In this document: positions 1-12,166 of the stretch, piece after piece | How the letters are laid out: each line of letters opens with the position of its first letter | How positions within the stretch are numbered: position 1 is the stretch's first letter | DNA from: Fimicolochytrium jonesii | Taxonomy: Eukaryota | NCBI RefSeq assembly: GCF_025526975.1 | Contig: NW_026515685.1 | Coordinates: 186,001 to 250,000, forward strand | Direction of reading: 5' to 3' | Length of the DNA: 64,000 nt | Notes under the pieces: generated by a model | What the model was told of the DNA's origin: nothing | Database searches by the model: none | Seen by the model: only the letters and a program-made list of their open reading frames with translations | Position numbers and translations under genes: made by a program

Positions 1-80
1 CAAGCTCTCAACCACTCCCTGCACCGGTACCGGTCCTGCGTTTACGCCGTTGTGGTGTCCCAGTCAACCGTGGTTTCGCT

Positions 81-3000
81 CTACTCAAACAACGCCACGA
101 GATCCTTCACATGCTTGGCAATCTCATAACTAACCTCCGCACACCCCTGGCGGTCGGCCTCCCTCGCGCGGCGCTCCAACCCCTCCACCGCGCTGCCCAT
201 GATCGTCAGCAAGATCTCCGCCTGCGGTCTGACATCCTCGTCGATCATGTCCATGCTTTTGGTGGTCTGTGTGGTGATGTGGGTCACGGTGGATGTGATG
301 AGCGGGATGGCGGCGGGGATGTGGGTGGAGGCCGAGCGGAGTTGGGTGAGCAGCGATGTGATGTGGGTGACCAGGGCGTCGGTTTGGTCTTCCAGGTAGA
401 GTTTCAGACTCAGCGGGTCCAACGGCGCGGAAGTGTTTGAAACGGTGGGGCGGGCGAGGGAGGGTGCCGAGGTCGAGGTGTACATCAGTCCCGAGTTCGA
501 GGGCGAGGTCACCGTGGCTGTTGTTGTGGGGGAGTACGGCTGTTGGTGTTTGGGGTCCGGTGAGGTGTTATTGATCCGGAACGATCGGGTGTCGAGCGGG
601 GAGAGCGGTGTGACGGGCGGGGAGGTATCGGTCCCCATATCCATTCGTCTTCCGTTCATGTTGTTGTTCCGCGCGGGCCCGCCCTCGGTGTTTAACCTTC
701 GTATACACTCCAACATATCCACGACGGCGCTTTCCAATTCCTCCACACCCTCCTCAAACGCGTTCATGAGCTCAACCCCCTTCCGTCGTCGTCGTCCGCC
801 CCCATTGGCGTGTTCCTTGGACACGTTCATCAGATTGGTTAAGCGGTCCGTGAGGGTGTCCCGCGCGTTGGCGACGGCGCGGAGAGTGGGGTGGGGAGCG
901 CGGGAGAGTGTGCCGCCGATCTCGAACGCGGTGGAGCCATACAGGCTGTCGACGGTCGTGTCAGCGGACTCGGTGATGGCTTTTACGGAGATGATGAGGT
1001 TGCGTAACGGTCCCAGTACCGCTGTGGGTGGTTGTGATTCCGTGTTGTTGTCGGGTCGTACTGTGTCTAGCAATATTGCCGCGGCGGACTTGTAGGATTG
1101 GAACAACGGGTCGGCGGTTATTGGCGGTGGTTTGGTGTTGGAGGTGGTGGAACGACTCGCATCCTGGGAGAATTTCCGGCCGGAGAGGGCCGTGGAGATT
1201 TTGGAGAGTGGGGAGGAGGAAGGTGTTGGCGAAGGTGAGGGTGGGGCGGCGGAGGATTGGGAGAAGAGGTCGCCTTTTGCAGAGTCCATGCGGCTGCGGG
1301 CGGCGGATTCGGCTTTGAGGGCGTTTGCTAGGTCGGCTTTTAGTCGCTGGACCTGTGTGAGAAGAACGACATAAGGTCAATTCGATGCTTTCTCAATCGT
1401 GGTTTCTCGGAATAGATTGTGTAACCCCTTCCTACCTCCTCCTTCAGTCCCCGCATGGTATCAGCATCCCGATCCCTCTGCTCCAGCAAACTCTGGTTCT
1501 TTTCCGTCAACAGCTTCACATCCTCTAATAACTGCAACTTCTCCTCCTCAGCCGCTGCGGCCTGCTCTTTCGACGAGCTCGCTTCCAATCTCGCTTGCAG
1601 GTCCTGCCAAAACAAAAGGGTGAGAACACGCTTCTGGGAGGTTTCATCACAACAACGCCCCGCGAAAGCCTACCTCCTTCTCCCTCCCGACAACCTTAAC
1701 CTCCTCCCTCACGGCATCATAGTCCTCAATTAGCTCATCATATTTCTTTTTCCACTCCCGCGCATCTTTCTTTTCCGCCTCCAGCTCTTTTTCCAGTTTC
1801 AGCACGTCGTCCTCGAGCCGGTCGTAGTCTTCTTTGAGGGGGCGGGCGTCGAGTTCGAGACGGAGGGAAGCGATTTGGGACTCGAGGGGGCGGATGCGCG
1901 GGTCGTCCTGTGGAAGAGAGAGGTGAGCATGCCTGGAAAAACAACACGAGGCGCAACGAGACATAAGAATGTAATCCCGGAAAAACTTACGAAAGAAGAA
2001 CTAGTAACGCTAACATTCCTCGGCGGCGGCACACTCAGATTCGCTTTACTCCCCCCTCGGTCACCATACTCACTCCCCCCAAACTCACTCCTCGACTTGC
2101 CCCCACCAGCCCCCACCCCGGGAGGCGGCGGCGACATCATCGCCCTCGTCAGAGACCCCTCACTCCTCACCGTCATCGCATCCCCCCTCTGCGGTCGTCC
2201 GCCCTCACCGCCCGTCATCTCCCGTTCCGCGTTCCGCGATGCGCCGCGGCTAGGTACCGTCCGCGTCGTGCTGGGGAGGGGGACGGGAATGGAGCGGGTT
2301 TCGTACTGTTGTTGGGTGGGTGGGGGGATGGATTGGAGGGGGAGTTGTTGGGGGCGCGGTTGGTAGGGGGAGATGCGGGGTGGGGCTGAGGGTTCCATTT
2401 GGGTGAGGGTGGGTTGGGAGGGGCGGCGGTAGGATTGTTGGGGTGGGGGCCGGCCGATGGGTTGGGGGTAGCCTTGGGGTGGGCTCATGACGCGGTTGTC
2501 GGGGGGATACCGTGGTTGTTGTTGTTGTTGCCCGCGGTAATCGCTGGTGGATGTCATGTTTCGTGCGAGTGGTTGTTGGGGTTGTGATGGTGGTGGGCCG
2601 TTTGATGGTGGTTGCCGGCTCTTGTATCGTTCTACGATCATCGGGAACCGCCGCTCTAGTTCGAACAGGACCTCTGCGGCTAGCTCTTTGAATCGGAAAC
2701 TAGGGAGGGATGCTAGCTTTTGTCGTGCCTGGTTGCGTTTCTCTGTAAACTCTGATCGAAATGGCAGGAAGGGGACTGTAAACCGCGAGAACCGCAAGAG
2801 GGAGGTGGTTAGTATACTTTCGACATGAGTCCGGAGCGAAGGCTGCTTCGCTCGCAAAAAGATGCAACGCTCGCCGCTTCGCTTCGCTGATGTTGGTCGC
2901 CGATGTGTAATAAAAACGATTGTTCGCTGTCGCTCACAGTTAAAGACAGGGGCTCGCTACGCTCGCCTAGAAGGAACGATTGTTCGCTGTCGCTCACAGT

Positions 3001-3478
3001 TAAAGACAGGGGCTCGCTACGCTCGCCTAGAAGGAACGATTGTTCGCTGTCGCTCACGGTTAAAGACGGGGGCTCGCAACGCTCGCCCAGAATTGCGCCT
3101 GCGGCGCGGAACTCGCTAGCGCTCGGTATGACAGTGGACTCGCTTTCGCTCGTCGTAGACCTAAGTAAACCCTCAGCAACCCTGCTGCTCCTCGCTTCGC
3201 TCGCCGCAGAACATTCCCTCTATCCCTGTTCTCTGTCCACTTCCTATTCTCGCCCCCCCCCAATACATACCATCACCGTCGCCCCCAACCCTCCTAACAC
3301 ACTCGTCATAGACGTCGGTCGAGAGTTCCCCAAACTGGCCACTGGATAGTTTTGCGAGTTTATCCTTTGCGCGTGTGCGTGCTCCTCCTCCGTTATTATT
3401 GCGTTGCTGGTCTATTAGAAAAGAGTCGAGGTAGCGCTTCACAAGACTGTAGTGGGTAGTGAACGGTTCGAGTGACAT
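81..3478 (-). CDS. SPA2: Spa2/GIT-like polarisome scaffold, 5 exons: 3478-3271, 2775-1991, 1907-1674, 1603-1436, 1352-81 (~888 aa)
   Basis: Two Spa2-homology repeats (ARTRAKDKLAKLSSGQFGELSTDVYDECVRR; RNQARQKLASLPSFRFKELAAEVLFELERRFP), a coiled coil, and a C-terminal helical domain (LKLYLEDQTDALV...YEIAKHVKDLV). All four introns are GT..AG and splice in frame; TACTAAC branch point in intron 1. Confidence 0.88.
2915..3092. repeat. 3 x 60-bp tandem repeat inside Spa2 intron 1
   Basis: Unit aacgattgttcgctgtcgctcacagttaaagacaggggctcgctacgctcgcctagaagg, repeated with period 60. Confidence 0.95.
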
Positions 3479-3784
3479 GGCGGTGGAGGAGGACTACTTG
3501 GGAGAGGAGTTTTGCTGGTGGGGTATATGGGGGGTGGTAGTAGTAGTAGTAGTGGGGACCAGCCACTGTTGCGCAGTGGGAAGTCCGTTCGAGCAAGTCG
3601 GTTATTCTTGTTGTTGTTGTTGTTGATGCTTGTGTGTGGTTGGGTGACTTTGGACAGCGGCAATGGCAGGGGGGAGTAGTTGCGCTGCGCCTAGAGCGAT
3701 AATAGCTGCAGCAGCGTTGTTGCAGTTGTTGTCTGGTTGTTGTCTGTTGTTGGGTGTTAGCTAGCGAGGGAGGGTTGTGGCCGT

Positions 3785-3785
<1 letters not shown>

Positions 3786-3855
<70 letters not shown>
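3786..3855. repeat. (CT)n microsatellite upstream of SPA2
   Basis: Direct reading of the sequence. Confidence 0.95.
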
Positions 3856-4581
3856 TTCCGTGCCTGCCGAAAGCCTCCTCGCTTGCAGTGCGAATCATAT
3901 GGAGTTGCCCCCTCCGAACGGGCCGATATACATACATAGGGGTACTGCGTTGAAACGGGCACGGAGGGAGCGGCTTTTCCCCTATATAGACTGTACTTTA
4001 TTCCCAGAGAAAGAACGCGCGAAGGCAAGGCTGTGCGCGAGGGATCCTGTATTATATCAGTGAAGGGGAGGCGTATGTAACAGGCACGCACCGGTATTCC
4101 CACTGCTGGATTGCAATACGGCCCTGTTGCGAATGATTCTCGCACACGCAGATCAATCAAACAGGATTCCGTCACTCCTTGGCAGAACTGAAGTTGAAGT
4201 CCGCGCGCTGTCGAAAAAGACGATTTCGTACAAAAGACTATGATAATTTCAACAGCAAATAACCCAAACATACTCTATGCAGAAAAACCAGAATAGGAAT
4301 GGGAGTATTTTGCGGAAAAAGGGAATAGGAATGGGAGTGGGGGGTTTGATGCCGGCCCTGTACAACCAGCGGTGCTCGGAGAGACAGTGTAAACGGCCCA
4401 ACCTACTCGGCACAGAGCTCGATGCCCTTCCCTTCTCAGCTATTCCACGTGTGGCTGCGGTATGTCCGCATTGTCGGGTGTTTCCAAAGGCCTGCAAATT
4501 CAAGATCGGAAAGTCCTTCTCCTTCCTTTCGCGTGTATAACACAACTGTGAAAAAAAAAGTCCAACGTACCTGCCCACACT

Positions 4582-7536
4582 TTATCCCTGTCTTCTTATC
4601 CGCCAGTCCCTCACCAAATCCTCCTCAGTCATCCCACCACCACCACCACCACCACCACCTCCCATGGCATCGCCCCACTGATTTCCTCCCGGTCTCCCAT
4701 CTCCCTCGTCAATCCGTTCATCCACCTCATTCAACGACCTCACCCCACTCATCCACGCATCCACACCCCCCTCCACGTCACGGTCGCGGATACGCTGACT
4801 TTCCTTACTCTCACCGTTCTGCGATGAACAGAGGGAGGACGAGCCGCCGCCTCCGCCCCCGCCGACGCCGCCGCAGCCGGGGATGTCTTGTGAGTGTGAA
4901 TGATGCGAGTGTGATTGCTGCGAATACTCCGAAAAAGGGTGATACGGTTGCGATTGCGATTGCGACTGCAACTGCGAGTACGGTTGCGAGTCAGCGCGTT
5001 GATGCTGATGTTGATGTTGATGATGGTGGTCATGAATCTCCTGCGAATACTCATACGCCGCCCCCGGCGTCGGCGTCCCGCTTCGTTGACTCACTGGCCT
5101 GCCCCTCTCACCCTCTCCACCTCCCGCGTCTTCCTCATCGCCCTCCCGCTCACCTCGGACTGCCGAGTTGGGGAAGCCGTACACCCCGTCGCCGCCATCA
5201 CCGTCCCTCAGCGCCGACCATGCAGGAAACGTATACGCCCCAACATGGTGCGTGTCGTGTCCCGACGCGTACGCGTGCTCCCCACCACCCACCTCCCGCC
5301 CATCAAACACGGGCACCGCGACGCTAAACCGGGTCTGCACACTCCCACCGGGCGTGGCTGGCCTCGACGCGAACGGCGCAATGGGATTGATGCCCGTGGT
5401 CGCCGTCCCGCCCGCGCCCGACGGCCCCACAGGTGTCGGCGAATACGCCCGCTGTGGCGTGGGGTTCAGATGCCGCGCTGGCGGGGTGGGTGAATACGTC
5501 TCGTAACTGGGCTGCTGCGATGGATTCAGGTACTGCTTTGGCGTGAGGTCACTGTACATGGGCGAGGAATGCGTTGTCTGGGAGGCGTACGAAGGGGACG
5601 AATCCCCATGCTCGGTTTTGAAGAAACTCGCCGGCGGCGTTTGGCTGTAGACAGTCGACGACTGTTGCTGTTGTTGTTGTTGGGAATGCGTAAAGATGGG
5701 CGTAAGGTATTCCGTCGGTGTAGTGGGAAAGTAAGCCCCGCCGCTCGGTATCTTCCTCTCAGGTGTGTCGTACTCCCCAAACCCAGCCTGGCCATGCTCA
5801 TACTCATACTCATACTCCCGCTTGGCAACTCTCACATCCGGTCGCATCCCAGCCGTACCCGGTCGCCACGCCCCACCACCGCCACCGCCATCGGACGTCT
5901 CACCGCCCCGGTATACCCCAGCATACGGGACCGGCCAGGGTAACCTCCCCGCCGCCGGCTCGCTTTGCATGTTGTGCATGGTCTGCATGCTGGGTATCCC
6001 ACCACCGTCTCGCCGGGTATAATCGCCCATCGGCCCGGAGGTCGATGTAAAGCCCAGTTGATTCGACACAGGGTTGGAGTGTTGTTGCTGCTGAACCGGA
6101 ACATTCGAGTTCAAACCACCACCACCCCCACCGATCCTAAACGGGTCCTGCCCTCCCCATCGTCCTAACGGACTGCTCACTCCCACAGTCTGCTGCTGCG
6201 GCTGCTGCATCTGATAACCCCCGGGCAATAGCGAAACCGACACATGCGGCCCCACCAGCGTCCGCTGGCCCTGTCCCTGCACACCCACCCCCCTCGACGA
6301 CAACGGAAACCCCACCAGCTGACCCACGGGGTTCGGCAACACCCTCGTCTGCGCCAACGACCCGGCCTGCCCGCCCCGCAGCTGCGGGAACGCCACCGGC
6401 GTCGCCGTCCCTGCCTGCGGGATCAACGGCACGATCCGCGGGACGTTGGCAAAGATGGGGAGGGACCCCGCGTTGGTTGTGATGCCGGCGGAGGGTTGTC
6501 CGGCGCGCATATGTGCGTATCTCACATACTACCCTCCCGGAAAGCCAAACCCATATCAGTTACCCCTCCCCCAGCGCATGGACTGAAAGAACCCCGCCCT
6601 TACCTTATCCACCGCCACCCGACTGAACCCCTCGACGCGCCCCCCGGGCCACCTCACCTGCACGGAGTAGAACACGTGCGGGGTGAGTCCCACGATGGTG
6701 CCCCCAGCCGCGATGCAGTCCTCCAACGCCGGGTTGGGCGGTCGGTGTGTGGTTGGAGCGTGGGATTTGGGCGGCGAGGGCGGCGTGAAGGTGGGGGAGA
6801 GACGGATGGAGGCGCGGGATGCGTCGAGGCGGTCCTGGAAGTGTCACAGCATCCAGATTAGACGATGCGCAGGAATGGGAAGGGAAAGATGGGGGGGATG
6901 GCATACCTGGGAGATATTCCAACAATGCACGACGCGGCCCTGCACACCCACCGCGGGGGGCGGGAAGCGGATGTAGACGCCGTAGGTGACGCATTCCTTG
7001 ACGTGGATGATCCGGGCGCCGTTCCGGATCGCTGATTCAAAGTCCGTGCCGTAAGTTGGCGCGGTGGCGGATGTGTCCGAGGCGAGGGTAGGTGGGAGTG
7101 GTAGAAATAGGTTCGTTGTCGGGGCTGGGGCGTGGACTTCTGCGGCGGGTGGGAGTGCCGATGGGGCGGCGGCGGAGACACTGGACGATGCCGTCGCAGT
7201 CGTAGTCTTCCCCCTCTTGGCCGGCTTCTCCTTCCCCTCCGTGTTCGTCGCCGCCCTCCTAGTGCGTTTCCTCTTCCCGCCGCTCTCCTCACCCTCCTTC
7301 TTCTTACTCGCATGATGACTCGGGCGTTCCGGCTCCCGGGGCACCATACTGACCGGCTCGCTCATGAACGGCTGCAGCCGCTGTCGTGATATGTTGGTGT
7401 AGATAAACACATCGTTGCAGTCGGGGAGCTTGACGTGCACGGAGTAGTTGTCGTTGCGGGTGTGCAGCCGGTGCGAGAGGATGATCCCGTGGTGCTCTTC
7501 CATGCATTCTTCGAAGGCTACTTTGGGGAGGGGCAT
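4582..7536 (-). CDS. Hypothetical protein, 3 exons: 7536-6907, 6834-6604, 6528-4582 (~935 aa); three N-terminal ~50-aa repeats and a long low-complexity tail
   Basis: GTATGC..CAG and GTAAGG..TAG introns join the 6844-7536 and 4582-6525 ORFs in frame; basic NLS-like stretch KRKRTRR. Confidence 0.7.
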
Positions 7537-8511
7537 GGCTTTGGTTTGGCTAGTGGGGGGGGTTCCAGGTGGGGGTTGGGGTGAAGGGGTCGGCGAAAAG
7601 GGGGGAAAGGGGGTTGAAGGGGGAGAAGGGGTATGTAACGCAGGGAACGACGGAGGACGGAGGGATAAGGACAGGGGGAGATAGACGGGAGGGGTTCGTC
7701 TGGCTTCTGTGTACGTAGGAATGGAGAAGCTTTGTTTTGGCGTAAGTTTTTTTTGCTGGATCTGCTTTGTTCGTTGTTCGTTGGACCATGCGGTGGCTTT
7801 GGGAAGTTATGGAGAATCTGCTTTCCTTGTGAAACCTGCAACGCACATGCCTTGACCTAGTGCCCACTGGCCCTCTCGTTGGAGTAGCGATGGCTCTCCA
7901 CAAAATCGCCCCAATATTCGCAGTCTGGCGCCATTTTCTCTTCCCCCGTTCATTAATGACTTGGGAGCGGGACAGGGGGGAATCCGACAGCGCGACACCT
8001 GTCAAATGCTGTGCCACTCGGCTACAGATTCGAAAGACGGTTTCTTTCCAGACAAGGGCTTCCATGCACTGCACGAAGAATGAACCAGAGCTACAATCGG
8101 ATTACACGAATAGCAATTAGCGGCAGAGGTCCAGGAATCAACTGCAAGGCTTTCCTCGCATGTACACGTACGTCAGGCTCTGCTGCAGCATCAATATGCG
8201 CACGGCCGGCAAACGATTTCTGCTCTGAGAAAATACTACAATGCACGATTTCCAAATGCGAGCTGGCGCGTCGCAGCAGGACCAATGCCAGGCAACAAAG
8301 ATCATGTAGGGAAGATGTGATGGTACTGTATATACGGAGATACGGTGCTGCCCATGGACACCGATGCGAAGAAGTGGTATTTCTATGTATAATGATGTGA
8401 TGTGATGGCTAACGTCCGTCGCAGGATTAAGGGTGAGACGGGACAAGCAGCTTTTTATAATGCAGTAGGGATGCTGTCTATATCGTATGCTGAAAGGGCT
8501 GCAGACCGGCC

Positions 8512-9645
8512 TCAGCGATAGTGACAGTAATATGGACCCGGGTCCGGTTCGTCGTCCGTGTATTCGACATCGAGCACAGGCAATGGTTCCATTTCCAGCA
8601 ATGTGTATTTGTCGGCAGGCATTTGCACACGGCGGACTTCTTCGAATTTCCCGCTCTCGGTGGCGAGCTGGACGTACATATCGATGCTTTTCGGATAATT
8701 ATTCCATCTGACCGCCTGGTAGACCATGATCTCCAACGCGCCCCCGCCATTGTAGGAGTCTAGTTCGGCACGCCAATCGCTTATCATTCGGTCGAAGGAG
8801 AATCGCCAAGGCTCCACACGAGGCGGGGCGTACCTGAGCACGCGTGAGTGAATCCGAGTACTCGCGTCCCATGGTGGGAGCTTCATGGGATGCCTGTTGA
8901 ATTCGATGTCAAGCGAGCGGGTCCATCGCGGCGTACGGTCCACGAAGCTCCGGCTTTCATCGGTATCGAGGAGCATGCGGAGAGTGTGGACGGTTCGTGG
9001 ACCCCACTGCCGCCCGGCTTTGTTTTCGCTGTAGCCGATGAGTCGGTCGCAAACGAGTGTGACGATTCGCAAGGCTTTGAAAGGCGGTAGGTTGCGGAAT
9101 GTACCGCCCAAGCTCTTGAGACTCGTGGTCTGGTCCGCGTAGATCCAGCAGACCGCTTGAGCGAGCTGCAGCACCTCCTCTTGGAAGCGATCCGGTTGAC
9201 CAAGCGAGCTCAAGACCAATTCTCCATTATTCCATCCAAAAGTGTATACGTAGTCGTCGCGATCAATCGCAGTAGCCAGAGAATGGAAGTTGAGATCAAG
9301 TTCATCTGGTCGCGACATGGTAACTAGAGTGGTAATCTTTGCAAACGCTGGAGGGGTCCAGGCTTCGAACGAATAGACACCCCGAAATGGAATGACATTA
9401 AAACTCTTGATCCATCGAAATCGCTCCATGTCGGTTGTGAGAGTGGTGAAGAGCAAATGAACCTGGCGCTCGGACCGGATGACGATCGTAGAATAGAGGC
9501 ATTTGAGAAGGCAGTCATGCCAGTCCCGGCATACGAAGATCATCTTGTGGAGCTCGGCTGTCTTCGAGAAGCGCAATATTTCTGGGATGAGTTCCAAAGG
9601 CAGCTTGGAATTGGGGGCACATTGCGCTCCCAACTTTGGCCCCAT
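8512..9645 (-). CDS. F-box domain protein
   Basis: N-terminal LPLELIPEILRF...LHKMIFVCRDWHDCLLKCLYSTIVI; first in-frame ATG at 9645. Confidence 0.7.
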   Translation of the reverse strand: MGPKLGAQCAPNSKLPLELIPEILRFSKTAELHKMIFVCRDWHDCLLKCLYSTIVIRSERQVHLLFTTLTTDMERFRWIKSFNVIPFRGVYSFEAWTPPAFAKITTLVTMSRPDELDLNFHSLATAIDRDDYVYTFGWNNGELVLSSLGQPDRFQEEVLQLAQAVCWIYADQTTSLKSLGGTFRNLPPFKALRIVTLVCDRLIGYSENKAGRQWGPRTVHTLRMLLDTDESRSFVDRTPRWTRSLDIEFNRHPMKLPPWDASTRIHSRVLRYAPPRVEPWRFSFDRMISDWRAELDSYNGGGALEIMVYQAVRWNNYPKSIDMYVQLATESGKFEEVRRVQMPADKYTLLEMEPLPVLDVEYTDDEPDPGPYYCHYR

Positions 9646-10243
9646 CGCTAACGTCTGACGATGTTGCCAGATGGGATCTTCGGCTGGTACGCACAGGAGA
9701 GCCCCTAGTCCGAACAAGGCTCTTCTCAGCGAGAGGCTGGGTGCGCGGGGCTTCAGGGGGGAAGCATGGGAACTTCAGCTCCAAGATGGGGTCCAGGGGC
9801 GACCGACTGGGCTTCAACCAACGTCCCAGCCGTTCGCTCCGACGTCCGTCTCGTCCCTCCTGCAGGTCCTGCCACTCTCCCTAGCTGAGCCAGCGTACTC
9901 GAGCCCGGTGCTGCTGTTGAGGGAGAGAGAGTGTGTACAGCAGTGATGTGCTCTGCCAGCGAGTTCTGGAGACGGTGATGCCGCTCGCCTGAACTTGAAC
10001 CTGACGGAAGTCCTCAGGAAGTCCTTCTGCCTGCCTGATTTTGGTGCCCACATCAAACCCACTCTGGCACCCACACTAACAGTCCGGCCAACCCTACCCT
10101 GCTATCTATATATAACGTCCGTCGAAAGCCCCTGCACGTTCTCGGGTGAGTTTACCACCGGCCGCTGTATATTTAGTGGGAGGTACTTCAAGAATACTAA
10201 TCAGATCTTCTAGCCGTCCATCTCTCCTCTCCCATCTCTTCCG

Positions 10244-10933
10244 ATGAAACACCTGTACGTTGTGGTCCACCCAGAGGCGACCCACCACATCACAAAGGTC
10301 GTAGGGGGCTGGTACGACACTACACTCACCGAGAAGGGCCTTAATCAAGCAGACCGCATCGGCTATCACCTCCGGAGCATCATTCCCCCCAACGCCCGAG
10401 TCCACATCCACTCCTCCGACCTCCAGCGTTGCGCCGTCGCCGCCAAGCATATTGCGCAGTCCCTCGGTGGCATTCCCGTGAATGAGACCACGGATCTGCG
10501 CGAGCTAGCCTACGGCGAGGCGGAAGGAAAGCCCGAGGCGTGGTTGGAGGGACGATACCGATTTCCGCCTGCATCGCCGGCTGTCCCAAGCCTGCGCGAC
10601 GAGGAAGCCATGCGAGTTAGGCTCGATCATGATTTTGGAATCAAAGGCGCGGAGACGAGACGCCAGTGTGGCGAAAGGGTCTACCGCGCGATGGAGAGGG
10701 ACGTGTTTCCGCTCTTCGGGGATGGTACGGGTGACGTTTACCAAGTGGTGGTTACCCACGGGTTTGCGATGGTCATGGTTGTTGCTGCGTGGATTGGGAT
10801 GCCGCTGGACGCTGCAGACGCGATTTCTATTGCTTCTCGGAAAGGAAGCATCACGGTGTTGCAGGAGGATGATGTGTATCATAACCGATGTATCGTGAGC
10901 GTCAACGAGATGGGTCATTTGACGGACGTTTGA
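10244..10933 (+). CDS. Histidine phosphatase (phosphoglycerate mutase superfamily) protein, intronless
   Basis: LYVVVHPEA (RHG variant), GWYDTTLTEKG, SSDLQR, LRELAYGEAEG, VVTHG motifs. Confidence 0.88.
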   Translation: MKHLYVVVHPEATHHITKVVGGWYDTTLTEKGLNQADRIGYHLRSIIPPNARVHIHSSDLQRCAVAAKHIAQSLGGIPVNETTDLRELAYGEAEGKPEAWLEGRYRFPPASPAVPSLRDEEAMRVRLDHDFGIKGAETRRQCGERVYRAMERDVFPLFGDGTGDVYQVVVTHGFAMVMVVAAWIGMPLDAADAISIASRKGSITVLQEDDVYHNRCIVSVNEMGHLTDV

Positions 10934-11199
10934 CTCGATTCTGTCGTACCGCACGGCCGAGAAGTATCGTTCGTCTCATTAAAAATGGGACGTCAACCGC
11001 GGTGACGGTTGCTGCCTACCCGGTTTGATGCTTGCGACGGCCGCCGGATAACCACAGGACTTCCAGAGATCTTAGACCATTACTCAAACTCATGTTGAGC
11101 ATCTTGCGCTTGTATTCCAATATGTGTACGTAGTGTATATAACAGAATGCCTATCAGACACTTTTATTCTAAGGTTCACCAAAGTTCGCAACCAACGAA

Positions 11200-12166
11200 T
11201 CAAGCACTAGGAAAGTCCGCCGGAAAGTACCTATTCCTCAAGAACCCTACAATTTTGTCGCCCCCATCCTCCACAAACTTCTTATCAACCAACTCCTTCA
11301 CGGTATGCGTCGCATAACGCACCTTCGGCCTCTCCGCCTCAATAATCGCCACCACATCCGCCGCACACTCCTCCGGCGTCTGCCGCGAGTTCGCAGCCTC
11401 CGGCAATGAATACCGCGCGGTCAAGTTCTTGACATACTCATCCAACACCGGCTTGTAGGCGTCCCCAACATCCTGCCCTGCAAGCGTCTTCATCGCCGTC
11501 CCAGCGAAAGCGGAGGTGATCGCACCGGGGCAGAAACTGGACACGTGGATGTTCCATTTCCAGAGCGTGCCGTTGAAGGATTCGGCGAGCGAGTCGAGGG
11601 CGCATTTGGCCGCGCAGTAGGTTTCGTTGAAGGGTTGGCCCACGAGACCGCCGATGGACGAGATGTTGATGATGCGGCCGCTGTTTTGGGCACGCATGTG
11701 CGGGATTGTCAGGCGGCACATACTGAGAGATGGGACAGGAGTGTTAGTGTTCGGAAATAACATGAGTGTATGAACAATGAGCTGTAATGACGTACCGGTA
11801 AGCGCTAAAGAAGTTAACATCAAAGCAGTTCTGGATCTGTTCCTCACTCGCGGACTCGATCGTCTGCACGAACCCCGCCCCGGCGTTATTTACCAACACA
11901 TCAATCCTCCCCTCCTTGTCCACAAGCTCCTGCACAGCCTTCTTACAACTCCCCGCATCTGTAACATCCAGCTCCAAGATTCCTACACTAGTCCCCTCAA
12001 CGCCCTTCTCCCGCGCCTCCTTGTAGAACTCCTCCGCTTTGGCGAGCGACCGGAGCGTGCCGTAGACTTTGTATTGGGTGGGGGTTTTGGCGAGCTGGAT
12101 GGCGAGCGAGGCGCCGAGGCCGCGGGCGGTGATGCCGGTGATGAGGACTACTGATGGGGTGGACAT
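11200..12166 (-). CDS. Short-chain dehydrogenase/reductase (RDH8/17beta-HSD1-like), exons 12166-11796 and 11722-11200
   Basis: VVLITGITARGLG, NNAG, catalytic YCAAK; a 73-nt GTACGT..CAG intron splices in frame. Confidence 0.9.

Noticed and set aside
2915..3092. CRISPR array or hammerhead ribozyme repeat
   Set aside because: No unique spacers, eukaryotic intron context, and no CUGANGA/GAAA core found.
3396..4271. 291-aa ORF upstream of SPA2
   Set aside because: Runs through (GA)n and simple repeats, has a non-ATG start and no domain; likely 5' UTR or promoter.
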